Origin: Eledone cirrhosa
Lineage: Eukaryota
Assembly: GCA_964016885.1 (NCBI GenBank)
Contig: CAXHJY010000456.1
Coordinates: forward strand, 89,122 to 153,121
Direction of reading: 5' to 3'
DNA: 64,000 nt
Each line of letters begins with the position of its first letter. Position 1 is the stretch's first letter. Made by a program: the position numbers and the translations under genes. This document shows, one piece after another, positions 24,001 to 36,480 of the stretch. The notes under the pieces are model-generated. The model had not been told where the DNA came from. It saw only the letters and a list, made by a program, of their open reading frames with translations, and ran no database searches.

Positions 24001-27000
24001 TGGTAGTGTTGTTGTTGGTGGTGGTGGTGTTGTTGTTGGTGGTGGTGGTAGTGTTGTTGTTGGTGGTGGTGGTAGTGTTGTTGTTGTTGGTGGGGGTTGT
24101 GTTGTTGTTGGTGGTGGTAGTGTTGTTGTTGGTGGTGGTGGTGTTGTTGTTGTTGGTGGTGGTAGTGTTCTTGTTGGTGGTGGTGGTAGTGTTGTTGTTG
24201 GTGGTGGTAATAGTGTTGTTGGTGGTGGTGGTAGTGTTGTTGTTGTTGGTGGTGGTAGTTTTGTTGTTGTTGGTGGTGGTAGTATTGTTGTTGGTGGTGG
24301 TGGTGTTGTTGTTGGTGGTTGTGGTGGTAGTGTTGTTGTTGGTGGTGGTAGTGTTGTTGTTGGTGGTAGTGGAAGTGTTCTTGTTGTTGGTGGTAGTGTT
24401 GTTGTGTGGTGGTAGTGTTGTTGTTGGTGGTGGTGGTAGTGTTGTTGGTGGTGGTGGTAGTGTTGTTGTTGTTGGTGGTGGTAGTGTTTTTGTTGGTGGT
24501 GGTAGTGTTGTTGTTGGTGGTGGTGGTAGTGTTGTTGTCGGTGGTGGTAGTGTTGTTGTTGTTGGTGGTGGTAGTGTTGTTGTTGGTGGTGGTAGTGTTG
24601 TTGTTGGTGGTGGTGGTAGTGTTGTTGTCGGTGGTGGTAGTGTTGTTGTTGTTGGTGGTGGTAGTGTTGTTGTTGGTGGTGGTAGTGTTGTTGTTGGTGG
24701 TGGTAGTGTTGTTGTTGGTGGTGGTGGTAGTGTTGTTGTTGGTGGTGGTAGTGTTGTTGGTGGTGGTGGTAGTGTTGTTGTTGTTGGTGGTGGTAGTGTT
24801 GTTGTTGGCGGTGGTCGTAGTGTTGTTGTTGGTGGTGGTAGTGTTGTTGTTGGTGGTGGTAGTGTTGTTGTTGGTGGTGGTGGTAGTGTTGTTGTTGGTG
24901 GTGGTAGTGTTGTCGTTGTTGGTGGTAGTGTTGTTGTTGGTGGTGGTGGTAGTGTTGTTGGTGGTGGTGGTGGTGGTAGTGTTGTTGTTGGTGGTGGTAG
25001 TGTTGTTGTTGTTGTTGGTGGTGGTAGTGTTGTTGTTGGTGGTGGTGGTAGTGTTGTTGTTGGTGGTGGTAGTGTTGTTGCTGGTGGTAGTGGTAGTGTT
25101 GTTGTTGGTGGTGGTAGCATTGTTGTTGGTGGTGGTGGTGTTGTTGTTGGTGGTGGTGGTAGTGTTGTTGTTGGTGGTGGTAGCATTGTTGTTGGTGGTA
25201 GGGGTGTTGTTGTTGGTGGTGGTGGTAGTGTTGTTGTTGGTGGTGGTGGTAGTGTTGTTGTTGGTGGTGGTAGTGTTGTTGTTGGTGGTGGTGGTAGTGT
25301 TGTTGTTGGTGGTGGTAGCATTGTTGTTGGTGGTAGGGGTGTTGTTGTTGTTGGTGGTGGTAGTGTTGTTGTTGGTGGTGGTAGTGTTGTTGTTGGTGGT
25401 GGTGGTAGTGTTATTGGTGGAAGTGTTAGTGGTGTTGTTGGTGGTGGTAGTGTTGTTTTTGGTGGTGGTGGTAGTGTCGTTGTTGGTGGTGGTAGTGTCG
25501 TTGGTGGTGGTGGTAGTGTTGTTGCTGGTGGTAGTGGTAGTGTTGTTGTTGGTGGTGGTAGCATTGTTGTTGGTGGTAGGGGTGTTGTTGTTGGTGGTGG
25601 TGGTAGTGTTGTTGTTGGTGGTTGTAGTGTTGTTGTTGGTGGTGGTGGTAGTGTTATTGGTGGAGGTGTTAGTGGTGTTGTTGGTGGTGGTAGTGTTGTT
25701 TTTGGTGGTGGTGGTAGTGTCGTTGTTGGTGGTGGTAGTGTCGTTGGTGGTGGTGGTAGTGTTGTTGTTGGTGGTGGTAGTGTTGTTGTTGGTGGTGGTG
25801 GTAGTCTTGTTGGTGGTGGTAGTGTTGTTGTTGGTGGTGGTAGTGTCGTTGGTGGTGGTAGTAGTGTTGTTGTTGTTGTTGGTGGTGGTAGTGTTGTTGT
25901 TGGTGGTGGTGTTAGTGGTGTTGTTGGTGGTGGTAGTGTTGTTGTTGGTGGTGGTGGTAGTGTTGTTGGTGGTGGTGGTTGTGTTGTTGGTGGTGGTGGT
26001 AGTGTTGTTGTTGGTGGTGGTGGTAGTGTTGTTGTTGGTGGTGGTAGTGTTGTTGTTGGTGGTGGTGGTAGTGTTGTTGTTGGTGGTGGTAGTGTTGTTG
26101 TTGGTGTTGGTGGTAGTGTTGTTGTTGGTGGTGGTAGTGTTGTTGTTGGTGGTGGTGTTAGTGGTGTTGTTGGTGGTCGTGGTGGTAGTGTTGTTGTTGT
26201 TGGTGGTGGTAGTGTTGTCGTTGTTGGTGGTGGTGGTAGTGTTGTTGTTGTTGGTGGGGGTAGTGTTGTTGTTGGTGGTGGTGGTAGTGTTGTTGTTGTT
26301 GGTGGGGGTAGTGTTGTTGTTGTTGGTGGTGGTAGTGTTGTTGTTGGTGGTGGTAGTGTTGATGTTGGTGGTGGTGGTAGTGTTGTTGTTGTTGGTGGTG
26401 GTAGTGTTGTTGTTATTGGTGGGGGTAGTGTTGTTGTTGGTGTTGGTGGTAGTGTTGTTGTTGGTGGTGGTGGTAGTGTTGTTGTTGGTGGTGGTAGTGT
26501 TGTTGTTGGTGGTGGTTGTGTTGTTGTTGGTGGTGGTGGTAGTGTTGTTGTTGGTGGTGGTGGTAGTGTTGTTGTTGGTGGTGGTGGTAGTGTTTTTGTT
26601 GGTGGTGGTGGTAGTGTTGTTGTTGTTGGTGGTGGTAGTGTTGTTGTTGTTGGTGGTCGTAGTGGTGTTGTTGGTGGTGGTAGTGTTGTTGTTGTTGGTG
26701 GTGGTAGTGTTGCTGGTGGTGGTAGTGTTGTTGTTGTTGGTGGTGGTAGTGTTGTTGTTGATGGTGGTGGTAGTGTTGTTGTTGGTGGTGGTAGTGTTGT
26801 TGTTGATGGTGTTGGTAGTGTTGTTGTTGGTGGTGGTAGTGTTGTTGTTGATGGTGGTGGTAGTGTTGTTGTTGGTGGTGGTAGTGTTGTTGTTGTTGGT
26901 GGGGGTAGTGTTGTTGTTGGTGGTGGTGGTAGTGTTGTTGTTGGTGATGGTGGTAGTGTTGTTGTTGGTGGTGGTGGTAGTGTTTTTGTTGGTGGTGGTG

Positions 27001-30000
27001 GTAGTGTTGTTGTTGTTGGTGGTTGTAGTGTTGTTGTTGTTGGTGGTCGTAGTGGTGTTGTTGGTGGTGGTAGTGTTGTTGTTGTTGTTGGTGGTGGTAG
27101 TGTTGCTGGTGGTGGTAGTGTTGTTGTTGTTGGTGGTGGTAGTGTTGTTGTTGATGGTGGTAGTAGTTTTGTTGTTGTTGGTGGTGGTAGTGTTGTTGTT
27201 GGTGGGGGTAGTGTTGTTGTTGATGGGGGTAGTGTTGTTGTTGGTGGTGGTGGTAGTGTTGTTGTTGGTGGTGGTAGTGTTGTTGTTGGTGGTGGTGGTA
27301 GTGTTGTTGGTGGTGGTGGTAGTGTTGTTGGTGGTGGTGGTGGTAGTGTTGTTGTTATTGGTGGGGGTAGTGTTGTTGTTGGTGTTGGTGGTAGTGTTGT
27401 TGTTGGTGGTGGTGGTAGTGTTGTTGTTGGTGGTGGTAGTGTTGTTGTTGGTGGTGGTTGTGTTGTTGTTGGTGGTGGTGGTAGTGTTGTTGTTGGTGGT
27501 GGTGGTAGTGTTTTTGTTGGTGGTGGTGGTAGTGTTGTTGTTGTTGGTGGTGGTAGTGTTGTTGTTGTTGGTGGTCGTAGTGGTGTTGTTGGTGGTGGTA
27601 GTGTTGTTGTTGTTGGTGGTGGTAGTGTTGCTGGTGGTGGTAGTGTTGTTGTTGTTGGTGGTGGTAGTGTTGTTGTTGATGGTGGTGGTAGTGTTGTTGT
27701 TGGTGGTGGTAGTGTTGTTGTTGATGGTGGTGGTAGTGTTGTTGTTGGTGGTGGTAGTGTTGTTGTTGATGGTGGTGGTAGTGTTGTTGTTGTTGGTGGA
27801 GGTAGTGTTGTTGTTGTTGGTGGGGGTAGTGTTGTTGTTGGTGGTGGTGGTAGTGTTGTTGTTGGTGGTGGTGGTAGTGTTGTTGTTGGTGGTGGTGGTA
27901 GTGTTTTTGTTGGTGGTGGTGGTAGTGTTGTTGTTGTTGGTGGTGGTAGTGTTGTTGTTGTTGGTGGTCGTAGTGGTGTTGTTGGTGGTGGTAGTGTTGT
28001 TGTTGTTGTTGGTGGTGGTAGTGTTGCTGGTGGTGGTAGTGTTGTTGTTGTTGGTGGTGGTAGTGTTGTTGTTGATGGTGGTAGTAGTTTTGTTGTTGTT
28101 GGTGGTGGTAGTGTTGTTGTTGGTGGGGGTAGTGTTGTTGTTGATGGGGGTAGTGTTGTTGTTGGTGGTGGTGGTAGTGTTGTTGTTGGTGGTGGTAGTG
28201 TTGTTGTTGGTGGTGGTAGTGTTGTTGTTGGTGATGGTGGAGGTGTTGTTGTTGTTGGTGGTACTGTTGTTGTTGGTGGTGGTGGCAGTGTTGTTGTTGG
28301 TGGTGGTGGTAGTGTTGTTGTTGGTGGTGGTGGTAGTGTTGTTGTTGGTGGTGGTAGTGTTGTTGTTGCTGGTGGTGATAGTGTTGTTGTTGGTGGTGGT
28401 GGTAGTGTTGTTGTTGGTGGTGGTAGTGTTGTTGTTGGTGGTGGTAGTGTTGTTGTTGGTGGTGGTAGTGTTGTTGTTGTTGTTGGTGGTGGTGGTAGTG
28501 TTGTTGTTGTTGGTGGTGGTAGTGTTGTTGTGGGTGGTGGTAGTGTTGTTGTTGGTGGTGGTAGTGTTGTTGTTGTTGGTGGTGGTAGTGTTGTTGTTGG
28601 TGGTGGTAGCGTTGTTGATGTTGTTGGTGTTGTTGTTGTTGTTGGTGGTGGTAGTGTTGTTGTTGGTGGTGGTGGTAGTGTTGTTGGTGGTGGTGTTAGT
28701 GGTGTTGTTGGTGGTGGTAGTGTTGTTGGTGCTGGTAGTGTTGTTGGTGGTGGTGGTAGTGTCGTTGTTGGTGGTGGTAGTGTCGTTGGTGGTGGTGGTA
28801 GTGTTGTTGTTGGTGGTGGTAGTGTTGTTGTTGGTGGTGGTGGTAGTGTTGTTGGTGGTGGTGGTAGTGTTGTTGGTGGTGGTGGTAGTGTTGTTGTTGG
28901 TGGTGGTAGTGTTGTTGTTGTTGTTGGTGGTGGTGTTAGTGGTGTTGTTGGTGGTGGTAGTGTTGTTGTTGGTGGTGGTGGTAGTGTTGTTGGTGGTGGT
29001 GGTAGTGTTGTTGTTGGTGGTGGTGGTAGTGTTGTTGTTGGTGGTGGTAGTGTTGTTGTTGGTGGTGGTGGTGTTGTTGTTTTTGGTGGTGGTGGTGTTG
29101 TTGTTGGTGGTGGTAGTGTTGTTGGTGGTGGTAGTGTTGTTGTTGGTGGTGGTGGTAGTGTTGTTGTCGGTGGTGGTAGTGTTGTTGTTGGTGGTGGTAG
29201 TGTTGTTTTTGGTGGTGGTAGTGTTGTTTTTGTTGGTGGTGGTGGTGTTGTTGTTGGTGGTAGTGTTGTTGTTGGTGGTGGTGGTAGTGTTGTTGTTGGT
29301 GGTGGTGGTAGTGTTGTTGTTGTTGTTGGTGGTGGTGTTGTTGTTGGTGGTAGTGTTGTTGTTGGTGGTGGTAGTGTTGTTGTTGTTGGTGGGGGTAGTG
29401 TTGTTGTTGGTGGTGGTAGTGTTGTTGTTGGTGGTGGTAGTGTTGTTGTTGGTGGTGGTAGTATTGTTGTTGGTGGTGGAGGTAGTGTTGTTGTTGGTGG
29501 TGGTAGTGTTGTTGTTGGTGGTGGTGGTAGTGTTGTTGTTGGTGGTGGTGGTAGTGTTGTTGTTGGTGGTGGTAGTGTTGTTGTTGGTGGTGGTGGTAGT
29601 GTTGTTTTTGGTGGTGGTAGTGTTGTTGTTGGTGGGGGTAGTGTTGTTGTTGGTGGTGGTAGTGTTGTTGTTGGTGGTGGTAGTGTTGTTGTTGGTGGTG
29701 GTAGTGTTGTTGTTGGTGGGGGTAGTGTTGTTGTTGGTGGTGGTGGTAGTGTTGTTTTTGGTGGTGGTAGTGTTGTTGTTGGTGGGGGTAGTGTTGTTGT
29801 TGGTGGTGGTGGTAGTGTTGTTGTTGGTGGTGGTAGTGTTGTTGTTGGTGGTGGTAGTGTTGTTGTTGGTGGTGGTGGTAGTGTTGTTGTTGGTGGTGGT
29901 AGTGTTGTTGTTGGTGGTGGTGGTAGTGTTGTTTTTGGTGGTGGTAGTGTTGTTGTTGGTGGGGGTAGTGTTGTTGTTGGTAGTGGTGGTAGTGTTGTTG

Positions 30001-33000
30001 TTGGTGGTGGTAGTGTTGTTGTTGGTGGTGGTAGTGTTGTTGTTGGTGGTGGTGGTAGTGTTGTTGTTGGTGGTGGTAGTGTTGTTGTTGGTGGTGGTAG
30101 TGTTGTTGTTGGTGGTGGTGGTAGTGTTGTTGTTGGTGGTGGTAGTGTTGTTGTTGGTGGTGGTGGTAGTGTTGTTGTTGGTGGTGGTAGTGTTGTTGTT
30201 GGTGGTGGTAGTGTTGTTGTTGGTGGTCGTAGTGTTGTTGTTGGTGGTGGTAGTGTTGTTGTTGGTGGTGGTAGTGTTGTTGTTGGTGGTGGTAGTAGTG
30301 TTGTTGTTGGTGGTGGTAGTCTTGTTGTTGGTGGTGGTGGTAGTGTTGTTTTTGGTGGTGGTAGTGTTGTTGTTGGTGGTGGTGGTAGTGTTGTTGTTGG
30401 TGGTGGTAGTGTTGTTGTTGGTGGTGGTTGTGTTCTTGTTGGTGGTGGTAGTAGTGTTGTTGGTGGTGGTGGTGTTGTTGTTGGTGGTGGTGGTAGTGTT
30501 GTTGTTGGTGGTGGTGGTAGTGTTGTTATTGGTGGTGGTGGTAGTGTTGTTGTTGGTGGTGGTGGTGTTGTTGTTGGTGGTGGTGGTGGTAGTGTTGTTG
30601 TTGGTGGTGGTAGTGTTGTTGTTGCTGGTATTGGATGTGTTGTTGTTGTTGGTGGTAGTCTTGTTGTTGGTGGTGGTAGTTTTGTTGTTGTTGGTGGTGG
30701 TGGTGGTAGTGTTGTTGTCGGTGGTGGTGGTAGTGTTGTTGTTGTTGGTGGTGGTAGTGTTGTTGTTGATGGTGGTGGTGTTGTTGTTGGTGGTGGTAGT
30801 GTTGTTGTTGGTGGTGCTGGTAGTGTTGTTGTTGTTGGTGGTAGTGTTGTTGTTGGTGGTGGTGGTGGTAGTGTTGTTGTTGGTGGTGGTAGTGTTGTTG
30901 TTGGTGGTGGTGGTAGTGTTGTTGTTGTTGGTTGTGGTGGTAGTGTTGTTGTTGGTGGTGGTGGTAGTGTTGTTGGTGGTGGTGGTAGTGTTGTTGTTGG
31001 TGGTGGTAGTGTTGTTGTTGGAGGTGGTGGTAGTGTTGTTGTTGGTGGTGGTGGTAGTGTTGTTGGTGGTGGTGATAGTGTTGTTGTTGGTGGTGGTAGT
31101 GTTGTTGTTGGTGGTGCTGGTAGTGTCGTTGTTGTTGGTGGTAGTGTTGTTGTTGGTGGTGGTGGTGGTAGTGTTGTTGTTGGTGGTGGTAGTGTTGTTG
31201 TTGGTGGTAGTTGTAGTGTTGTTATTGGTGGTGGTGGTAGTGTTGTTGTTGTTGGTGGTGGTGGTGGTGTTGTTGGTGGTGGTGGTGTTGTTGTTGGTGG
31301 TGGTGGTAGTGTCATTGTTGGTGGTGGTAGTGTCATTGTTGGTGGTGGTGGTGTTGTTGTTGGTGGTGGTGGTAGTGTCGTTGGTGGTGGTGGTAGTGTT
31401 GTTGTTGGTGGTGGTAGTGTTGATGTTGGTGGTGGTGGTATTGTTGTTGGTGGTGGTGATAGTGTTGTTGTTGGTGGTGGTAGTGTTGTTGTTGGTGGTG
31501 GTGGTGGTAGTGTTGTTGTTGGTGGTGGTGGTAGTGTTGTTGGTGGTGGTGATAGTGTTGTTGTTGGTGGTGGTAGTGTTGTTGTTGGTGGTGCTGGTAG
31601 TGTCGTTGTTGTTGGTGGTAGTGTTGTTGTTGTTGGTGGTGGTGGTAGTGTTGTTGTTGGTGGTGTTAGTGTTGTTGTTGGTGGTAGTTGTAGTGTTGTT
31701 ATTGGTGGTGGTGGTAGTGTTGTTGCTGTTGGTGGTGGTAGTGTCGTTGTTGGTGGTGGTGGTAGTGTTGTTGTTGGTGGTGGTGGTAGTGTTGTTGGCG
31801 GTGGTGGTAGTGTTGTTGTTCGTGGTGGTGGTAGTGTTGTTGTTGGTGGTGGTAGTGTTGTTGTTGGTGATGGTGGTAGTGTTGTTGTTGGTGGTGGTGG
31901 TAGTGTTGTTGGTGGTGGTGGTAGTGTTGTTGTTGTTGGTGCTGGTAGTGTCGTTGTTGTTGGTGGTAGTGTTGTTGTTGGTGGTGGTGGTGGTAGTGTT
32001 GTTGTTGGTGGTGGTAGTGTTGTTGTTGGTGGTAGTTGTAATGTTGTTATTGGTGGTGGTAGTAGTGTTGTTGTTGTTGGTGGTGGTAGTGTTGTTGTTG
32101 GTGGTGGTGGTAGTGTTGTTGTTGGTTGTGGTGGTAGTGTTGTTGTTGGTGGTGGTAGTGTTGTTGTCGGTGGTGGTGGCAGTGTTCTTGTTGGTGGTGG
32201 TAGTGTTGTTGTTGGTGGTGGTGGTGTTGTTGTTGGTGGTGGTGGTAGTGTTGTTGTTGGTGGTGGTGGTAGTGTTGTTGTTGTTGGTGGGGGTAGTGTT
32301 GTTGTTGGTGGTGGTAGTGTTGTTGTTGGTGGTGGTGGTGTTGTTGTTGTTGGTGGTGGTAGTGTTCTTGTTGGTGGTGGTGGTAGTGTTGTTGTTGGTG
32401 GTGGTAGTGTTGTTGTTGGTGGTGGTGGTAGTGTTGTTGTTGGTGGTGGTAGTGTTGTTGTTGGTGGTGGTGGTAGTGTTGTTTTTGGTGGTGGTAGTGT
32501 TGTTGTTGGTGGGGGTAGTGTTGTTGTTGGTGGTGGTGGTAGTGTTGTTGTTGGTGGTGGTAGTGTTGTTGTTGGTGGTGGTGGTAGTGTTGTTGTTGGT
32601 GGTGGTAGTGTTGTTGTTGGTGGTGGTAGTGTTCTTGTTGGTGGTGGTAGTAGTGTTGTTGGTGGTGGTGGTGTTGTTGTTGGTGGTGGTGGTAGTGTTG
32701 TTGTTGGTGGTGGTGGTAGTGTTGTTGTTGGTGGTGGTGGTAGTGTTGTTGTTGGTGGTGGTGGTGTTGTTGTTGGTGGTGGTGGTGGTAGTGTTGTTGT
32801 TGGTGGTGGTAGTGTTGTTGTTGCTGGTATTGGATGTGTTGTTGTTGTTGGTGGTAGTCTTGTTGTTGGTGGTGGTAGTTTTGTTGTTGGTGGTGGTGGT
32901 GGTGGTAGTGTTGTTGTCGGTGGTGGTGGTAGTGTTGTTGTTGTTGGTGGTGGTAGTGTTGTTGTTGATGGTGGTGGTGTTTTTGTTGGTGGTGGTAGTG

Positions 33001-35950
33001 TTGTTGTTGGTGGTGCTGGTAGTGTTGTTGTTGTTGTTGGTGGTAGTGTTGTTGTTGGTGGTGGTGGTGGTAGTGTTGTTGTTGGTGATGGCAGTGTTGT
33101 TGTTGGTGGTGGTGGTAGTGTTGTTGTTGTTGGTTGTGGTGGTAGTGTTGTTGTTGGTGGTGGTGGTAGTGTTGTTGGTGGTGGTGGTAGTGTTTTTGTT
33201 GGTGGTGGTAGTGTTGTTGTTGGAGGTGGTGGTAGTGTTGTTGTTGGTGGTGGTAGTGTTGTTTTTGGTGGTGGTGGTAGTGTTGTTGTTGGTGGTGGTG
33301 GTAGTGTTGTTGTTGGTGGTGGTAGTGTTGTTTTTGGTGGTGGTGGTAGTGTTGTTGGTGGTGGTGGTAGTGTCATTGTTGGTGGTGGTAGTGTCGTTGG
33401 TGGTGGTGGTAGTGTCGTTGTTGGTGGTGGTAGTGTTGTTGTTGGTGGTGGTGGTATTGTTGTTGGTGGTGGTGATAGTGTTGTTGTTGGTGGTGGTAGT
33501 GTTGTTGTTGGTGGTGGTGGTGGTAGTGTTGTTGTTGGTGGTGGTGGTAGTGTTGTTGGCGGTGGTGGTAGTGTTGTTGTTCGTGGTGGTGGTAGTGTTG
33601 TTGTTGGTGGTGGTAGTGTTGTTGTTGGTGATGGTGGTAGTGTTGTTGTTGGTGGTGGTGGTAGTGTTTTTGTTGTTGGTGCTGGTAGTGTCGTTGTTGT
33701 TGGTGGTAGTGTTGTTGTTGGTGGTGGTGGTGGTAGTGTTGTTGTTGGTGGTGGTAGTGTTGTTGTTGGTGGTAGTTGTAGTGTTGTTATTGGTGGTGGT
33801 GGTAGTGTTGTTGTTGTTGGTGGTGGTAGTGTTGTTGTTGGTGGTGGTGGTAGTGTTGTTGTTGGTTGTGGTGGTAGTGTTGTTGTTGTTGGTGGTGGTA
33901 GTGTTGTTGTTGTTGGTGGTGGTAGTGTTGTTGTTGGTGGTGGTGGTAGTGTTGTTGTTGGTGGTGGTGGTAGTGTTGTTGTTGGTGGTGGTAGTGTTGT
34001 TGTCGGTGGTGGTGGTAGTGTTCTTGTTGGTGGTGGTAGTGTTGTTGTTGGTGGTGGTGGTGTTGTTGTTGGTGGTGGTGGTAGTGTTGTTGTTGGTGGT
34101 GGTGGTAGTGTTGTTGTTGTTGGTGGGGGTTGTGTTGTTGTTGGTGGTGGTAGTGTTGTTGTTGGTGGTGGTGGTGTTGTTGTTGTTGGTGGTGGTAGTG
34201 TTCTTGTTGGTGGTGGTGGTAGTGTTGTTGTTGGTGGTGGTAATAGTGTTGTTGGTGGTGGTGGTAGTGTTGTTGTTGTTGGTGGTGGTAGTTTTGTTGT
34301 TGTTGGTGGTGGTAGTATTGTTGTTGGTGGTGGTGGTGTTGTTGTTGGTGGTTGTGGTGGTAGTGTTGTTGTTGGTGGTGGTAGTGTTGTTGTTGGTGGT
34401 AGTGGAAGTGTTCTTGTTGTTGGTGGTAGTGTTGTTGTGTGGTGGTAGTGTTGTTGTTGGTGGTGGTGGTAGTGTTGTTGGTGGTGGTGGTAGTGTTGTT
34501 GTTGTTGGTGGTGGTAGTGTTTTTGTTGGTGGTGGTAGTGTTGTTGTTGGTGGTGGTAGTGTTGTTGTTGGTGGTAGTGGAAGTGTTCTTGTTGTTGGTG
34601 GTAGTGTTGTTGTGTGGTGGTAGTGTTGTTGTTGGTGGTGGTGGTAGTGTTGTTGTCGGTGGTGGTAGTGTTGTTGTTGTTGGTGGTGGTAGTGTTGTTG
34701 TTGGTGGTGGTAGTGTTGTTTTTGGTGGTGGTGGTAGTGTTGTTGGTGGTGGTGGTAGTGTCATTGTTGGTGGTGGTAGTGTCGTTGTTGTTGGTGGTAG
34801 TGTTGTTGTTGGTGGTGGTAGTGTTGTTGTTGGTGGTGGTGGTAGTGTTGTTGGTGGTGGTGGTAGTGTTGTTGTTGTTGGTGGTAGTGTTGTTGTTGGT
34901 GGTGGTAGTGGTAGTGTTGTTGTTGGTGGTGGTGGTGTTGTTGTTGGTGGTGGTAGTGTTGTTGTTGGTGGTGCTGGTAGTATTGTTGTTGTTGGTGGTG
35001 GTGGTAGTGTTGTTTTTGGTGGTGGTAGTGTTGTTGTTGGTGGGGGTAGTGTTGTTGTTGTTGGTGGTGGTGGTAGTGTTGTTGTTGGTGGTGGTAGTAT
35101 TGTTGTTGGTGGTTGTGGTAGTGTTGTTGTTGGTGGTGGTGGTAGTGTTGTTGTTGGTGGTGGTGGTAGTGTTGTTGTTGGTGGTGGTGGTAGTGTTGTT
35201 GTTGGTGGTGGTAGTGTTGTTGTTGGTGGTGGTGGTAGTGTTCTTGTTGTTGGTGGTGGTGTTGTTGGTGGTGGTGGTAGTGTTGTTGTTGGTGGTGGTG
35301 GTAGTGTTGTTGTTGGTGCTGGTGGTAGTGTTGTTGTTGGTGGTGGTGGTATTGTTGTTGTTGGTGGTGGTAGTGTTGTTGTTGTTGGTGGTGGTAGTGT
35401 TGTTGTTGGTGGTGGTAGTAGTGTTGTTGGTGGTGGTGGTGGTAGTGTTGTTGTTGGTGGTGGTGGTAGTGTTGTTGGTGGTGGTGGTAGTGTTGTTGTT
35501 GATGGTGGTGGTAGTGTTGTTGTTGGTGGCGGTAGTGTTGTTGTTGGTGGTGGTGGTAGTGTTGTTGTTGGTGGTGGTGGTAGTGTTGTTTTTGTTGTTG
35601 GTGGTAGTGTTGTTGGTGGTGGTGGTAGTGTTGTTGTTGGTGGTGCTGGTAGTGTTGTTGTTGGTGGTGGTGGTAGTGTTGTTGTTGGTGGTGGTAGTGT
35701 TGTTGTTGTTGGTGGTGGTAGTGTTGTTGTTGGTTGTGGTGGTAGTGTTGTTGTTGTTGGTGGTGGTAGTGTTGTTGTTGGTGGTGGTGGTAGTGTTGTT
35801 GTTGGTGGTGGTGGTAGTGTTGTTGTTGGTGGTGGTAGTGTTGTTGTTTGTGGTGGTGGTAGTGTTGTTGTTGGTGGTGGTGGTAGTGTTTTTGTTGGTG
35901 GTGGTGGTATTGTTGTTGTTTGTGGTGGTAGTGTTGTTGTTGGTGTTGGT
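1..35950. repeat. Giant compound trinucleotide tandem array (GGT)2-6-AGT-(GTT)2-5, unit usually 18-27 bp, running off the left edge of the window
   Basis: The + strand is almost only G/T, with one AGT per unit. The minus strand reads PPPTTTL, NNNTTT or QQHYHH depending on frame. Rare variant triplets recur in blocks, indicating higher-order duplication. The array ends at ...ggtgttggtgatgataatg (~35950). Confidence 0.97.
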
Positions 35951-36233
35951 GATGATAATGATTGACACTCAATACTATGAAGCCAACAACCTACTACACT
36001 ACACACATTCTACACAGTTGCCACCCATTTATAGAACACCAGTTACAACCCTGAGACAGTTAACCACCCAATACTATAACATAATTCACTGTACATGAAG
36101 ATCTGGATATCAATAACAATATTTACAGTTGTCATTTAATAGTATATGGATGCTAACAACTTACAAAACTCACATCCTAACACAACCTTCACACTCCATA
36201 CAATAAACATCCAATAATATATTACATAACCTC

Positions 36234-36388
36234 CACACTGTAAATGTGGTTGATATTAGGAAGGGCATCCAGCTGTAAAATACAGCAAGGTATGATGCGC
36301 CCAACTGACCAGATTTGTCTCATAACATGGACGAACTGTCTAATCCATGCAAGCGTGGAAAAATAGAGGTTAAATGGTGATGATGATA
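36234..36388 (+). mobile_element. Short remnant of RTE-LINE 3' UTR/tail
   Basis: cacactgtaaatgtggtt...ttaggaagggcatccagctgtaaaa...ccatgcaagcgtggaa...(TGA)n matches the 3' UTR of the RTE copy at 51550-51718. Confidence 0.75.
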
Positions 36389-36480
36389 TATGTGTGTGTG
36401 AAAGCTCACATCTCAGCAGGTTTAGCTGGCCTCCTCCAAGGTATATCTCGTTGGAGGTGTCTTGGGTAATTTTATGATAG

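Noticed and set aside
435-28040. Chi-like GCTGGTGG octamers
   Set aside because: These are single-base variants of the repeat; Chi has no meaning in a eukaryotic genome.
1-35950. Telomeric array
   Set aside because: It is not TTAGGG-like, and the G-rich strand runs 5'->3' toward the unique sequence, the wrong polarity for a left chromosome end.
1439-35968. 11509-aa stop-free ORF and the other giant V/L, G/S/V, N/T and P/T/L ORFs as genes
   Set aside because: Most of these frames use codons that are not one substitution from a stop, or simply translate the repeat. Several frames are open at once, so ORF length carries no coding evidence.
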